This document shows, in pieces, positions 57,901 through 64,000 of a stretch of 64,000 nt of DNA (position 1 is its first letter; every line of letters starts with the position of its first letter). The position numbers were made by a program, and so were the translations under genes. The DNA comes from a virus: the IMG/VR virus record IMGVR_UViG_3300030060_005695; one strand, 5' to 3'. The notes under the pieces are model-generated. The model was not told the DNA's origin. It did not search any database and saw only the letters and a list, made by a program, of their open reading frames with translations.

Positions 57901-60697
57901 CCCATTTAGCCCAACTAATCCATGTTTAGACAATGGATTACCAGTAGTTACTCCAGGTGGACCAATAAGTATACATATCAGTGCTCAAATGACTCTAGGA
58001 ATACCTCAAACTTATAACACATGGAGTTCCATGATTACTAGTTTAGCAGGTGCTGGTGTAACATCACCAACTGGTACACTATTGAGTTTGTCAAGTAGTT
58101 TTGATGATGTGTGTTTAGGGATAAATCTTGTATGGGGTTCTAAAACTAGAGACAAATGTATGACTATAACACTAGACCCATGTGAGTGTAGACAAAGTCC
58201 ATGTACTTGTGTTATGATTACTGGTCCTACAGGAGCTTTTAATAATCTACCCGATTGTCAAGCTACTTTAAATAATGACCCTTGTTGCGGTAGTTGGAAA
58301 TGTGACCCAAAAATTTGTGACTGTGTATTCATTCCAAATGACATAACAGGATTTAGTTCTCAAACAGAGTGTTACAACTCTCAAAATTGTTGTAAGGTAA
58401 GGTATGATGAGTATGAGTGTAGACAAATTCCAGTTATAGGTCCTGTAGGTGCACATAATTTTAAATGTGAATGTGTTGTTGTACCAGCAGGGATGGGTAG
58501 TTATACCGGACCAAACGCTTTATTTGATTGTGAAAATGACCCAACTACATGTTGTTCAGGTAACACAATGCCAGATAGATGGAAATGCACACCTGATTGT
58601 AATTGTGTTCTAGGTGGGCCTTTTGACCAATATGCAACTTTACACGATTGTCAGACAGCTGTAAACCATAATTGTTGTTATACTGGAGTAACTAAAGAAT
58701 GGGAATGTATAGACTTCGGTACACCAACAGGGTGTAAATGTGTACAAACAGCTTCTCCTGGTGGTGGATACGCAAGTCAAGCAGATTGTGAAGCTCAAGT
58801 TAATGAGTGTTGTTATACAGGAAAAACAAGATGGGACTGTGTTGTGGGTAATAATGGTTTATGTAAATGTGTAGCCAATCCTCTGTTTGGTACATATTCT
58901 TCCCTATCTGATTGTCAAAACGGAATACCAATATCAAATTGTTGTGAAATACAATCAGATGACTGTGCTAAAGAGTGTCCACCGTCTTCTTTTATAACAC
59001 CTACTTACATCAAACATAATGGTACATATAGTATAGGTTTTACACAAACTCTTCCACTAGCCTCAACAAATATTGTGGGTCTTTGGTTTGCAGCAACCAT
59101 ATATAATGCATTTGATATAGTCCAAGACCCATATGATGATTGTTGTTATGTCTTAGTTTGTGATAGTTGTCATTTTACTGGTAGTGATATTATGAATTAT
59201 TCACCTAGTCAAATCTACCAAAACCACTTATTAGGATTATTTTATAATGGTACAACAACACCAGCAACAACCCAAGAACAAAATGCTCAAAATAGAGGAC
59301 CAATATGGTGGCCTTGTGACCCACTATGTCCAACAACACCACCAGATATAGGTTACGATTGTGTTAATTGTCCTGGTACGTGTAATTGTGTTCAAAATAA
59401 TACAGGTACAGCTCAATACCAAGGACCAAACGCTTTATCACTATGTGTAGCAGATTGTAAATCAGGTTGTGAAGATTGTGCACAAACCTTATCTGGTTAT
59501 TTATCAGGACCTATAGATTATGAAGGTATATGGTACTCCACATTCAACCCACACTATGTAGAAAATGATTGTGTGACAGACCCAACTGACGGTTGTTGTT
59601 ATTGTTGTGTTAGAGCTTTTACCGGACCAGACCCACATGATGACGACCATGCAATTACAAGGAATGATGGTACTATATCTCACTCAGGTCCAGGAGGTTC
59701 AGGTCCAGGAGGTTCAGGTCCAGGAAATTCAGGACCTACACCATCAAAACCAATCTGTAAATCCCAACATCAACCATCATTACATGTAGGTGTAAATATA
59801 GGTGGGGGAATGTGGATGGGTTGTAAAATCACAACTGACGGAGGTCCTTGCAACTCAACTACGGGGACAACAGTAGATTGTGATAATTGTGACACTTACA
59901 TGGCTACTAACTGGGGAGCAACTTTACCTTTACAGTGGAAAACCGTAGGACATCAACATTTTACAAATAACCAGTGTGTCGTAGACCCAACTGACGGTTG
60001 TTGTTATTGTTGTATGGAATCATCAGACGTAGATGATTTTGGTGAGGCGTGGGCATCTGACCCTCATTCTCAATCTCAAGCTTGTAGTATATACGATATG
60101 AATGGTGATGGAATATTAGAATATTATGGAATGTATTCTACATTTACCGGAAAATGGACTGGTTGGGTTAGTTGTTCATCTACAGGGGTATTCCCATGTA
60201 ATAACGGTGGTACTCTAAAATACGATTGTGTACATAGACCACTTTTAGGTAACCCAAGTAATTATGACTGCATACCAACACAAGGTGGTGCATATAGTAG
60301 TTTACAAGCATGTCAAAATGCACCTTGTCCACCACCAGACCAACCATGTGAAGAGTGTTGTGGAAAACTTAAAAAAGATGGTAGTTGGAGTTACCAAACC
60401 CTAAATACCTCATCTGTTCCTTGTGATTGTGAGTTTTGGTTGGGTATTGGTTGGACTTCACAATCACCATCCAAGTGTTGCGTACCACCATCGTGGGCAT
60501 GTCCTCTGGGACAAGTTTGGTCACAAGCAGATTGTAGTTGTGTACCAATAGTTATTGGACCTGGAGGACCTATCGATGATTGGGTGACCGAAGAACCTTG
60601 TATACAAACTGAAAGTTGTGCTAAGGGGTATTACTGGGATTGGAATGAATGTAAATGTATGCCTTCTGTGAGTGATGGTCCTACAGAGTTAAGTTAA
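51989..60697 (+). CDS. Giant Cys/Pro-rich modular protein, putative fibre/adhesin with PKD-like, CBM5/12-like and Cys-repeat modules
   Basis: 2902-aa uninterrupted ORF; YTINWGD...HTYAGVG (PKD-like); WSATTNYVKGDIV and PAWVSGQAYNPGDVV (CBM5/12-like); many [WY]xC..C.C..G.[YF].[ST]..[DE]C..C repeats. Confidence 0.7.
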   Translation: MEVYKYRIKRNNPSVYFTVPCTGGTNFYPINTSPNCSGLTMYNSTFSQVQDALQGDMNNFPTELTGCSSTNPCILLNDTTTMPVMGAPPPYGNVPTLNQPFCLDVESHPYVIFAGLNLYQSGVMTFTGESYDDLISVFSLTNSTLSQPLNSQTNAHLTPNTISCFCPPPVFNDLHQVPVFLDQDFNDIGHYDIWDGNLGQKDIFSNFVVTATTAMGNQIQIYNTTDFGYYKSYQNSPYTINWGDCPCDCPVPPCTNAFGDPCCETLQFPNLTNPVPHTYAGVGTRRITITHENEWGPTSVSQAITVPFMPYNTLQASGGIPPSNVPVVGPSGPIGTNTYFGAYPFSPLDSGTDILQYSGMSPIFGGGNNSNCFDVTGNTQSLLGAFQSYTSLQTGNLPPGYQINVDVPLMGEVINPITNQIEQGVMGRITVENTQYTAYTISIGTNTPITFYDFSNGVTLYEATSCGLDAFAFGAFDCVKCEIGDCTYCETKDEYIDRVTNLPQPISFNPMINTNWGEWSATTNYVKGDIVFDSTWGECCCYMAVQDINQTGGTIDPWAGIKPTDLVQGVWWNNGQPTEHIWEACTPECEACPEFTSIPCYDPTNTWNAYPTISPVGPAGVYSNGNVYTTGQFTLGQWGNCYRALSGGTLPPPSGLTNNQYWDYIGCSSWVCPPVSALTASSLSCQLVPGTGSTSTGPCTSIGFATFEDCMDTFYLGNCCEDRYICIDQYSCQGCSAMTSAHPLYNDPSALDPTQGPVFDNELDCLAWCEPPAYSCVTSTPASSNNCCGLLSCTDDLINGTTFYIDNVYPVMQTLPPTPAPFLNFIDYAAFTFELFFDPYNINDCNAGFTNSAGTYTGCCDYTMWVYNCEEGCVPVFVGTGYTTEADCYAANPQWLGVGNTPCGYKCDPLCDPCQPCYTLNCGYPYTPQGLQDCEMVCSCATECYVCDCLNVINGSNVPCYPYQDPVTNALDCPYWPVSNTGTDPWVPAAWTNVPTFLSAQQCQSACTCPGGYDCFVYDDTNPPAQIGQQVGGCMYYASLYLMTQVGVTWSPGSPTDPAGNPTGYTSFEECCNATECCRAVCEDDPLQAGFMGYTSFTTTGPALQGGGGGQTPCYWISQTDLDDTTGPGFVNCCSPAYVNTMNGLTGIVQCFADNPGLPYCDMVDCVNSLCPDPLSTTGMTCCAPLEETCNCACEDWLTVNGIPITTGFTWMGPWSSSINTYNIYETVSYGDANTAECCWICMCPIDTTGLPPGAGGAYDCNSSPPDDGPYPDGTPNCWQTCERLPSFDPSTPTPVIGDPCGPCEGPTSAQTYQCTTSGCVTSNCVFNPPAAMNISIWQTQNNCYTASTCGTPLIGVSNDQCRADCYCADPGPPTGGPAEISNCTVLQDYLNDIYSPGTGDLGIYFNGYSPFPFTYPPVQPGIVFQVTSSYFWPYDSLDTCQTQLSTGLFDCCTGSTTGITTWECDHSCNCPTVNGNPCVGGVGCYPVYGTGGTFSSLSGCQEWCTWECNTQGAQTCQFIPMSLAAVTYPSAAACELANTDCLCQNQVEEWWCDHAGADAGLYNTPGSQPCQPSSYFASQSSSYQSQAYGQGAGGPSDPNNNYNWAVALGNLPVGQGFPSQAQCQEFCRFCCDCAPPGTGFCDLCGDPAVVACSWGDQFCSGGTASCGTGLPSSLSPGDCGQQQQTITGTKTCFEPQTEYCCHAIDGCISYIGAAPTGSDGNPCVSFYGTNAAACTNECNFVCGDCVQPTPQCQCTFVLAPISPSCAPYPFSNMADCDIYVQGLTLLGDDGTCCECYECTTNSPITYQMWDVGTASWVLGSTPVNMITGAPAWVSGQAYNPGDVVTFSFDNTRCCYVCVWEYTPDWTIPPYFYYQAYINDLSTNTPVWPGGGTGSLMWVPCDPTCVPGVIQNTYDCIPGVSTDSCSSLTKITPTTTLLDQHDVLQMIGNPSGVPYLQTTNIYNIKFPYGGFPFSPTNPCLDNGLPVVTPGGPISIHISAQMTLGIPQTYNTWSSMITSLAGAGVTSPTGTLLSLSSSFDDVCLGINLVWGSKTRDKCMTITLDPCECRQSPCTCVMITGPTGAFNNLPDCQATLNNDPCCGSWKCDPKICDCVFIPNDITGFSSQTECYNSQNCCKVRYDEYECRQIPVIGPVGAHNFKCECVVVPAGMGSYTGPNALFDCENDPTTCCSGNTMPDRWKCTPDCNCVLGGPFDQYATLHDCQTAVNHNCCYTGVTKEWECIDFGTPTGCKCVQTASPGGGYASQADCEAQVNECCYTGKTRWDCVVGNNGLCKCVANPLFGTYSSLSDCQNGIPISNCCEIQSDDCAKECPPSSFITPTYIKHNGTYSIGFTQTLPLASTNIVGLWFAATIYNAFDIVQDPYDDCCYVLVCDSCHFTGSDIMNYSPSQIYQNHLLGLFYNGTTTPATTQEQNAQNRGPIWWPCDPLCPTTPPDIGYDCVNCPGTCNCVQNNTGTAQYQGPNALSLCVADCKSGCEDCAQTLSGYLSGPIDYEGIWYSTFNPHYVENDCVTDPTDGCCYCCVRAFTGPDPHDDDHAITRNDGTISHSGPGGSGPGGSGPGNSGPTPSKPICKSQHQPSLHVGVNIGGGMWMGCKITTDGGPCNSTTGTTVDCDNCDTYMATNWGATLPLQWKTVGHQHFTNNQCVVDPTDGCCYCCMESSDVDDFGEAWASDPHSQSQACSIYDMNGDGILEYYGMYSTFTGKWTGWVSCSSTGVFPCNNGGTLKYDCVHRPLLGNPSNYDCIPTQGGAYSSLQACQNAPCPPPDQPCEECCGKLKKDGSWSYQTLNTSSVPCDCEFWLGIGWTSQSPSKCCVPPSWACPLGQVWSQADCSCVPIVIGPGGPIDDWVTEEPCIQTESCAKGYYWDWNECKCMPSVSDGPTELS
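58202..58945 (+). repeat. Tandem array of six ~35-50-aa Cys repeats (protein level)
   Basis: For example WKCDPKICDCV...GFSSQTEC...CC; WKCTPDCNCV...YATLHDC...CC; WDCVVGNNGLCKCV...YSSLSDC...CC. Confidence 0.8.
59578..60013 (+). repeat. Exact 31-bp direct repeat encoding DPTDGCCYCC
   Basis: AGACCCAACTGACGGTTGTTGTTATTGTTGT at 59578-59608 and 59983-60013. Confidence 0.85.
59684..59737 (+). repeat. 15-bp tandem repeat encoding an SGPGG linker
   Basis: TCAGGTCCAGGAGGT x2, then TCAGGTCCAGGAAAT and TCAGGACCT. Confidence 0.85.
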
Positions 60698-60698
60698 T

Positions 60699-61331
60699 AT
60701 GAGTATAAGGAGAGAAATAGAATTTGGAAGATTTTTTAAATTTGAAGTAGGGCCTATATCAGTAAATAAAAAAATATATAGACCAACGCTAAGAAGATTT
60801 GAAAAGTGGTTAAACATTGTGGAAAAAAAATCCTATTTTAACCAATTTGATGTGTTGTTAACAGGTTCTTTTCCTAATTATATTAATGGTAACATACATT
60901 GGAGTAGTTGGGACATAGACATTATTTTAATAGATGACGGTAATAATAAATTAGAATTAATTAGAGATACTTTAGTAGATTTATCTAGGGTAGCACTAGA
61001 AGAATGTGATTTTTATATAGACGTATACTACCAAAATAGAGAAAATGTAGAATTAAATAAAATTTGTTATAGGGGAGGTATAAAAGATTGTGAACCTTAC
61101 AGCTTTGAAAAAGTAGGTCTAGCTTACGCTCCACATGTTAAAAGAAATGGTATGATAGTTTCTAATTGGAATATAGAAGAAGAGGTTATTGAAGGTCTTT
61201 GGGTTACAAAATTACAATTTCCATCGGTAAAACAAATAAAGAGAATAAATAACGGATTTAAATACGACGATGAAATTTACCTAAGAGACTATAAAAAATA
61301 TTTTCCAGCAACAGAATTAGTAGGGAAATAA
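60699..61331 (+). CDS. Pol-beta-superfamily nucleotidyltransferase-fold protein
   Basis: VLLTGSF...WDIDIIL (hGS...DhD) with a candidate third acidic residue in FYIDVYY. Confidence 0.7.
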   Translation: MSIRREIEFGRFFKFEVGPISVNKKIYRPTLRRFEKWLNIVEKKSYFNQFDVLLTGSFPNYINGNIHWSSWDIDIILIDDGNNKLELIRDTLVDLSRVALEECDFYIDVYYQNRENVELNKICYRGGIKDCEPYSFEKVGLAYAPHVKRNGMIVSNWNIEEEVIEGLWVTKLQFPSVKQIKRINNGFKYDDEIYLRDYKKYFPATELVGK

Positions 61332-61360
61332 GTGTTATGATATTTATTATAAAATAAGTA

Positions 61361-61582
61361 ATGGCATTAACAGAAGTAAAAACAGTAGGATGTATTTTAC
61401 CCCTAACAAAATTAGAGGTATTAATGAATGTTTGCCAAAGACCGGAAGTAAGGTCAAATATATTTATTGAAAGAGGTAAAATAACCGTATTTGAAAAACC
61501 ACAAAGATTAGGGCAAATAAATAGTACTGGAGATTTAGAACTACACGGGTACGGATATTATAAAATAGAAAAACAACCATAA
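61361..61582 (+). CDS. Small structural protein
   Basis: 73 aa (PEVRSNIFIERGK...RLGQI..GDL..GYGYY) with its own TATTTAT at 61341-61347. Confidence 0.6.
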   Translation: MALTEVKTVGCILPLTKLEVLMNVCQRPEVRSNIFIERGKITVFEKPQRLGQINSTGDLELHGYGYYKIEKQP

Positions 61583-61585
61583 ACT

Positions 61586-62506
61586 ATGGCATTAGGAGCA
61601 TACGGAATTAAAAGACCAGCGGACGTAAAAGTTGAAGACGTACAAATACTAGTACACCAACAGGCAAACCGAGATGCAAGTTCCCCTGTTTCTGTTTTTG
61701 AAATAAACGCAGCAAGTGTATTAACACCTATAGTACATAATGGACTACAAACAGGTGGACCAGCAGGAGAAATATTGGGTGGCTTGTACGATTTAAAATT
61801 ACCTTCAGCTGTATTTTCTAATAAAGGTGTATATACTGTTTATATAAGACCAATAGAAATAAGAACTACTATATTAGATTGTGGTATATTATCATCACTA
61901 CCTAATGTGAAAGGTCTGGTATTTGATTTAAATAGTATACCTATACAATTTAGAAATAGATTTTCACCTATGGATTTAGTAGGTTATAGAATAGAATATT
62001 TAGATGCAGATAGTGGAGCAAAAATAAATAATTTTTACAGAATAGTTACTTCTAATTTTTATTGTACAACAGTAGAACAAAATAATACCAACCCTAGTCA
62101 AACATCACCTAGATACGTATATACAAATGCAAAGACTAATTTGGTTTATTGTACCCTAACACCTACAAGTGCACCATCTAATAACCCAAATGCTATTCCT
62201 TTTATAGGACAACCAGGACAATCAGTCATAATCACTAACACTTACTTTAACCCAACCGTACTCGACATAGAAATGGTAGACCACGATTTCGATACACTAG
62301 CTATCGCACTGTATGGAAATCAAGCCAAATCTATCGATAATGGAATTTACACTCTCTATGATTTATCTGGTGCTGACAACATATACATGCAATATGACTT
62401 ATATGAAGTAAGAGACCAGTTTAATGGACAATTATATGAAGTAAAACAAAATAGAGGAAACAATATTGATTTTAGTCAAGCGTTTAGTACAATAACTAAC
62501 TTTTAG
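61586..62506 (+). CDS. Putative baseplate structural protein
   Basis: 306 aa; Ig-like GGLYDLKLPSAVFSNKGVYTVYIRP segment; in the late operon. Confidence 0.5.
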   Translation: MALGAYGIKRPADVKVEDVQILVHQQANRDASSPVSVFEINAASVLTPIVHNGLQTGGPAGEILGGLYDLKLPSAVFSNKGVYTVYIRPIEIRTTILDCGILSSLPNVKGLVFDLNSIPIQFRNRFSPMDLVGYRIEYLDADSGAKINNFYRIVTSNFYCTTVEQNNTNPSQTSPRYVYTNAKTNLVYCTLTPTSAPSNNPNAIPFIGQPGQSVIITNTYFNPTVLDIEMVDHDFDTLAIALYGNQAKSIDNGIYTLYDLSGADNIYMQYDLYEVRDQFNGQLYEVKQNRGNNIDFSQAFSTITNF

Positions 62507-62511
62507 TAATT

Positions 62512-64000
62512 ATGGCTAGTAATCGATTTAGATATCCACCGGCCCCTAATAACGGAGGGGATACCTTCAGTGATTTTTTAGTGGGGAACCAATTCATGGG
62601 GTCCCAACAAATGACATTAGGTAATTTTTATACCCAACCTTCATATAATCAACCAAATACACCAGAATACAATCTAGGAACATTCTCAAATCCAATAACC
62701 CTAGAATCCCTAAGTAACGAAAGCTTAGCCTTAGCTCAAAAATTAACAAGTAATAGTTTAGAGGTTTTTGTTAATAATGATATGAGTGAGATATCTAGTT
62801 TTGTTTTATACGGGTCACTAAAAAAACGTTTAGCTGTAGCAACACAAAATGTGGTTAATTTTTTTCCCGCAGCTTTATTTATAGACGGAGTTAATATTAA
62901 TCTAGTTTCAGGTAACACTACAGCTTACGATATTCTATATGACTATAGTACAGAAGAAACTACATTTAAAACTAACGTAAACACACTATCCAACCCCTTT
63001 AGTTTAGAATTTACCACAAATGGAGATTTATTAAATGGTGTAATAAGTAAGGAACAAATATTAAATAATTTTAATACTTTTGGAGTTTCTGCTGATACCC
63101 TACTAAATATTGCTGACGGAACTGTAGCACCAATTAGAAATATTACACAACATTTTAAAAAATACGCTTTGAGTTTTAGCGGCCAAATCGGTGAAAAAGA
63201 GTATATAGTTAAAGAATTTAAACCACAAACAACAACCACAGACTACATAGAATTTACTGTAGAAGGTAACCCATTTAACTTACCATTAACAGGTGGCACA
63301 GCAGTAACCTCAACAACAGAAACATTCTACATAAAACCAACTCAAAACCAAACAGAAGAAGAGTTTAAAAATTTAGACAATGTAGAAAGGTTTTTAGTTA
63401 ATAGAGACATCACACCCATATATACATCAGTATTTCAAGTCGTAAAAGAAACAACTAACGGTGTAAAATATTATGATAAAGTAAAACAAACTTGGCCTTT
63501 AGAAGATAATGTAAATATAGATATAATTAGTGATAGATATACTAACTACCTAATAAAATTAGCGGATTTAGGTGATGAAATTGATAAAGAAAAAACAAAT
63601 TTAGTTTCTAGATTTTTAACATCACCTCAGTTAAAAGAATTTGACGGAACCAACCAACACGTAGAAAAAACTTTACAAATTTACGGTAGAAGTTTTGATG
63701 ATATAAAAACTTTTGTTGATGGGATAGCTTATATGACAAATGTAACCTATGATGGTAAAAATAGTATACCTAATGAATTAATAAAAAATTTCGCAAAAAC
63801 ACTAGGATGGTCAACACCTAGTACATTAAATAACACAACATTTTTAGATAGTGTGTTGGGTGTAAGTGTACCAGAATACTCAGGTACTAGTATGTCTCAA
63901 ACACCAGCAGAACTGGACATTGAATTGTATAGAAGAATATTGTTAAACACAGCTTACTTATTTAAGTCAAAAGGAACTAGAAAATCTATAGAATTTTTAC
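62512..64000 (+). CDS. Baseplate wedge protein (T4 gp7 / P2 gpI-like), partial
   Basis: Read manually: MASNRFRYPPAP... with no stop seen to window end; ends LYRRILLNTAYLFKSKGTRKSIEF, the KGT motif of gp7/gpI-type proteins. Confidence 0.65.
   Translation, partial: MASNRFRYPPAPNNGGDTFSDFLVGNQFMGSQQMTLGNFYTQPSYNQPNTPEYNLGTFSNPITLESLSNESLALAQKLTSNSLEVFVNNDMSEISSFVLYGSLKKRLAVATQNVVNFFPAALFIDGVNINLVSGNTTAYDILYDYSTEETTFKTNVNTLSNPFSLEFTTNGDLLNGVISKEQILNNFNTFGVSADTLLNIADGTVAPIRNITQHFKKYALSFSGQIGEKEYIVKEFKPQTTTTDYIEFTVEGNPFNLPLTGGTAVTSTTETFYIKPTQNQTEEEFKNLDNVERFLVNRDITPIYTSVFQVVKETTNGVKYYDKVKQTWPLEDNVNIDIISDRYTNYLIKLADLGDEIDKEKTNLVSRFLTSPQLKEFDGTNQHVEKTLQIYGRSFDDIKTFVDGIAYMTNVTYDGKNSIPNELIKNFAKTLGWSTPSTLNNTTFLDSVLGVSVPEYSGTSMSQTPAELDIELYRRILLNTAYLFKSKGTRKSIEFL

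Noticed and set aside
59578-60013. Diversity-generating retroelement TR/VR pair or CRISPR array
   Set aside because: Only two identical in-frame 31-bp copies with no adenine-specific mismatches and no spacer series; no reverse transcriptase or cas gene in the window.
51989-60697. Eukaryotic or giant-virus (NCLDV) origin, or chimeric assembly, suggested by the Cys-rich protein
   Set aside because: The gene is intron-free, tightly packed between phage baseplate genes, uses similar A/T-ending codons and shares the [ST][GA]xT motif with its neighbours.
60699-61582. MNT-HEPN toxin-antitoxin pair or CBASS cyclase
   Set aside because: The downstream 73-aa ORF has no RxxxxH HEPN motif and has its own late motif; the NTase is short for a CD-NTase and no effector is adjacent.
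513-63239. Many short antisense or alternate-frame ORFs in the track (e.g. 513..779, 7548..7997, 29423..30016, 47200..47628, 56706..57047, 62943..63239)
   Set aside because: They lie wholly within longer, motif-bearing genes, have shadow-frame composition and lack promoter or start context.
1-64000. Stop-codon reassignment as seen in some large phages
   Set aside because: Genes are full length in the standard code, and TAG (e.g. 7192, 43660, 62506) and TGA (39088) end genes at sensible boundaries.
1-64000. tRNA, rRNA or structured ncRNA genes
   Set aside because: Intergenic gaps are short (under about 170 bp) and AT-rich, showing only terminator hairpins; no cloverleaf was recognised by eye. 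tRNAscan-SE or Infernal would be decisive.

Overview
This 64-kb window is part of a large, AT-rich, T4-like myovirus (jumbo-type tailed phage) genome, read in the standard genetic code and almost fully coding. Virion morphogenesis genes (neck, tail terminator, sheath, tube, chaperones, tape measure, hub with M23 peptidase, gp25/gp6/gp53/gp7-like wedge parts, LamG, BppU and S74 fibre proteins) are interleaved with replication genes (family-B DNA polymerase, SNF2 helicase, gp32-like SSB, RecA/UvsX, 5'-3' exonuclease, DnaB/gp41 helicase, class II ribonucleotide reductase, FKBP PPIase). A Bacteroidota host is indicated by TTTG-N20-TAnnTTTG promoters, Shine-Dalgarno-free A-rich leaders and a lipoprotein with a lipobox. 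The most notable observations: (1) a 2902-aa Cys/Pro-rich modular virion protein with a nucleotidyltransferase gene 1 nt downstream; (2) a [S/T]-[G/A]-x-T tetrapeptide recurring in surface virion proteins but nearly absent from enzymes, possibly a modification sequon; (3) a shared helical motif ending in [LIV]xE on several late proteins, including a HAD phosphatase, possibly a capsid-packaging tag; (4) a putative late promoter TATTTAT(A), the reverse complement of the T4 late promoter; (5) a candidate +1/-2 frameshift (TTT TTT CGT) in the tail chaperone pair; (6) an unannotated ribbon-helix-helix regulator divergent from the sheath gene. All family assignments come from motif reading by eye; no database search was run.
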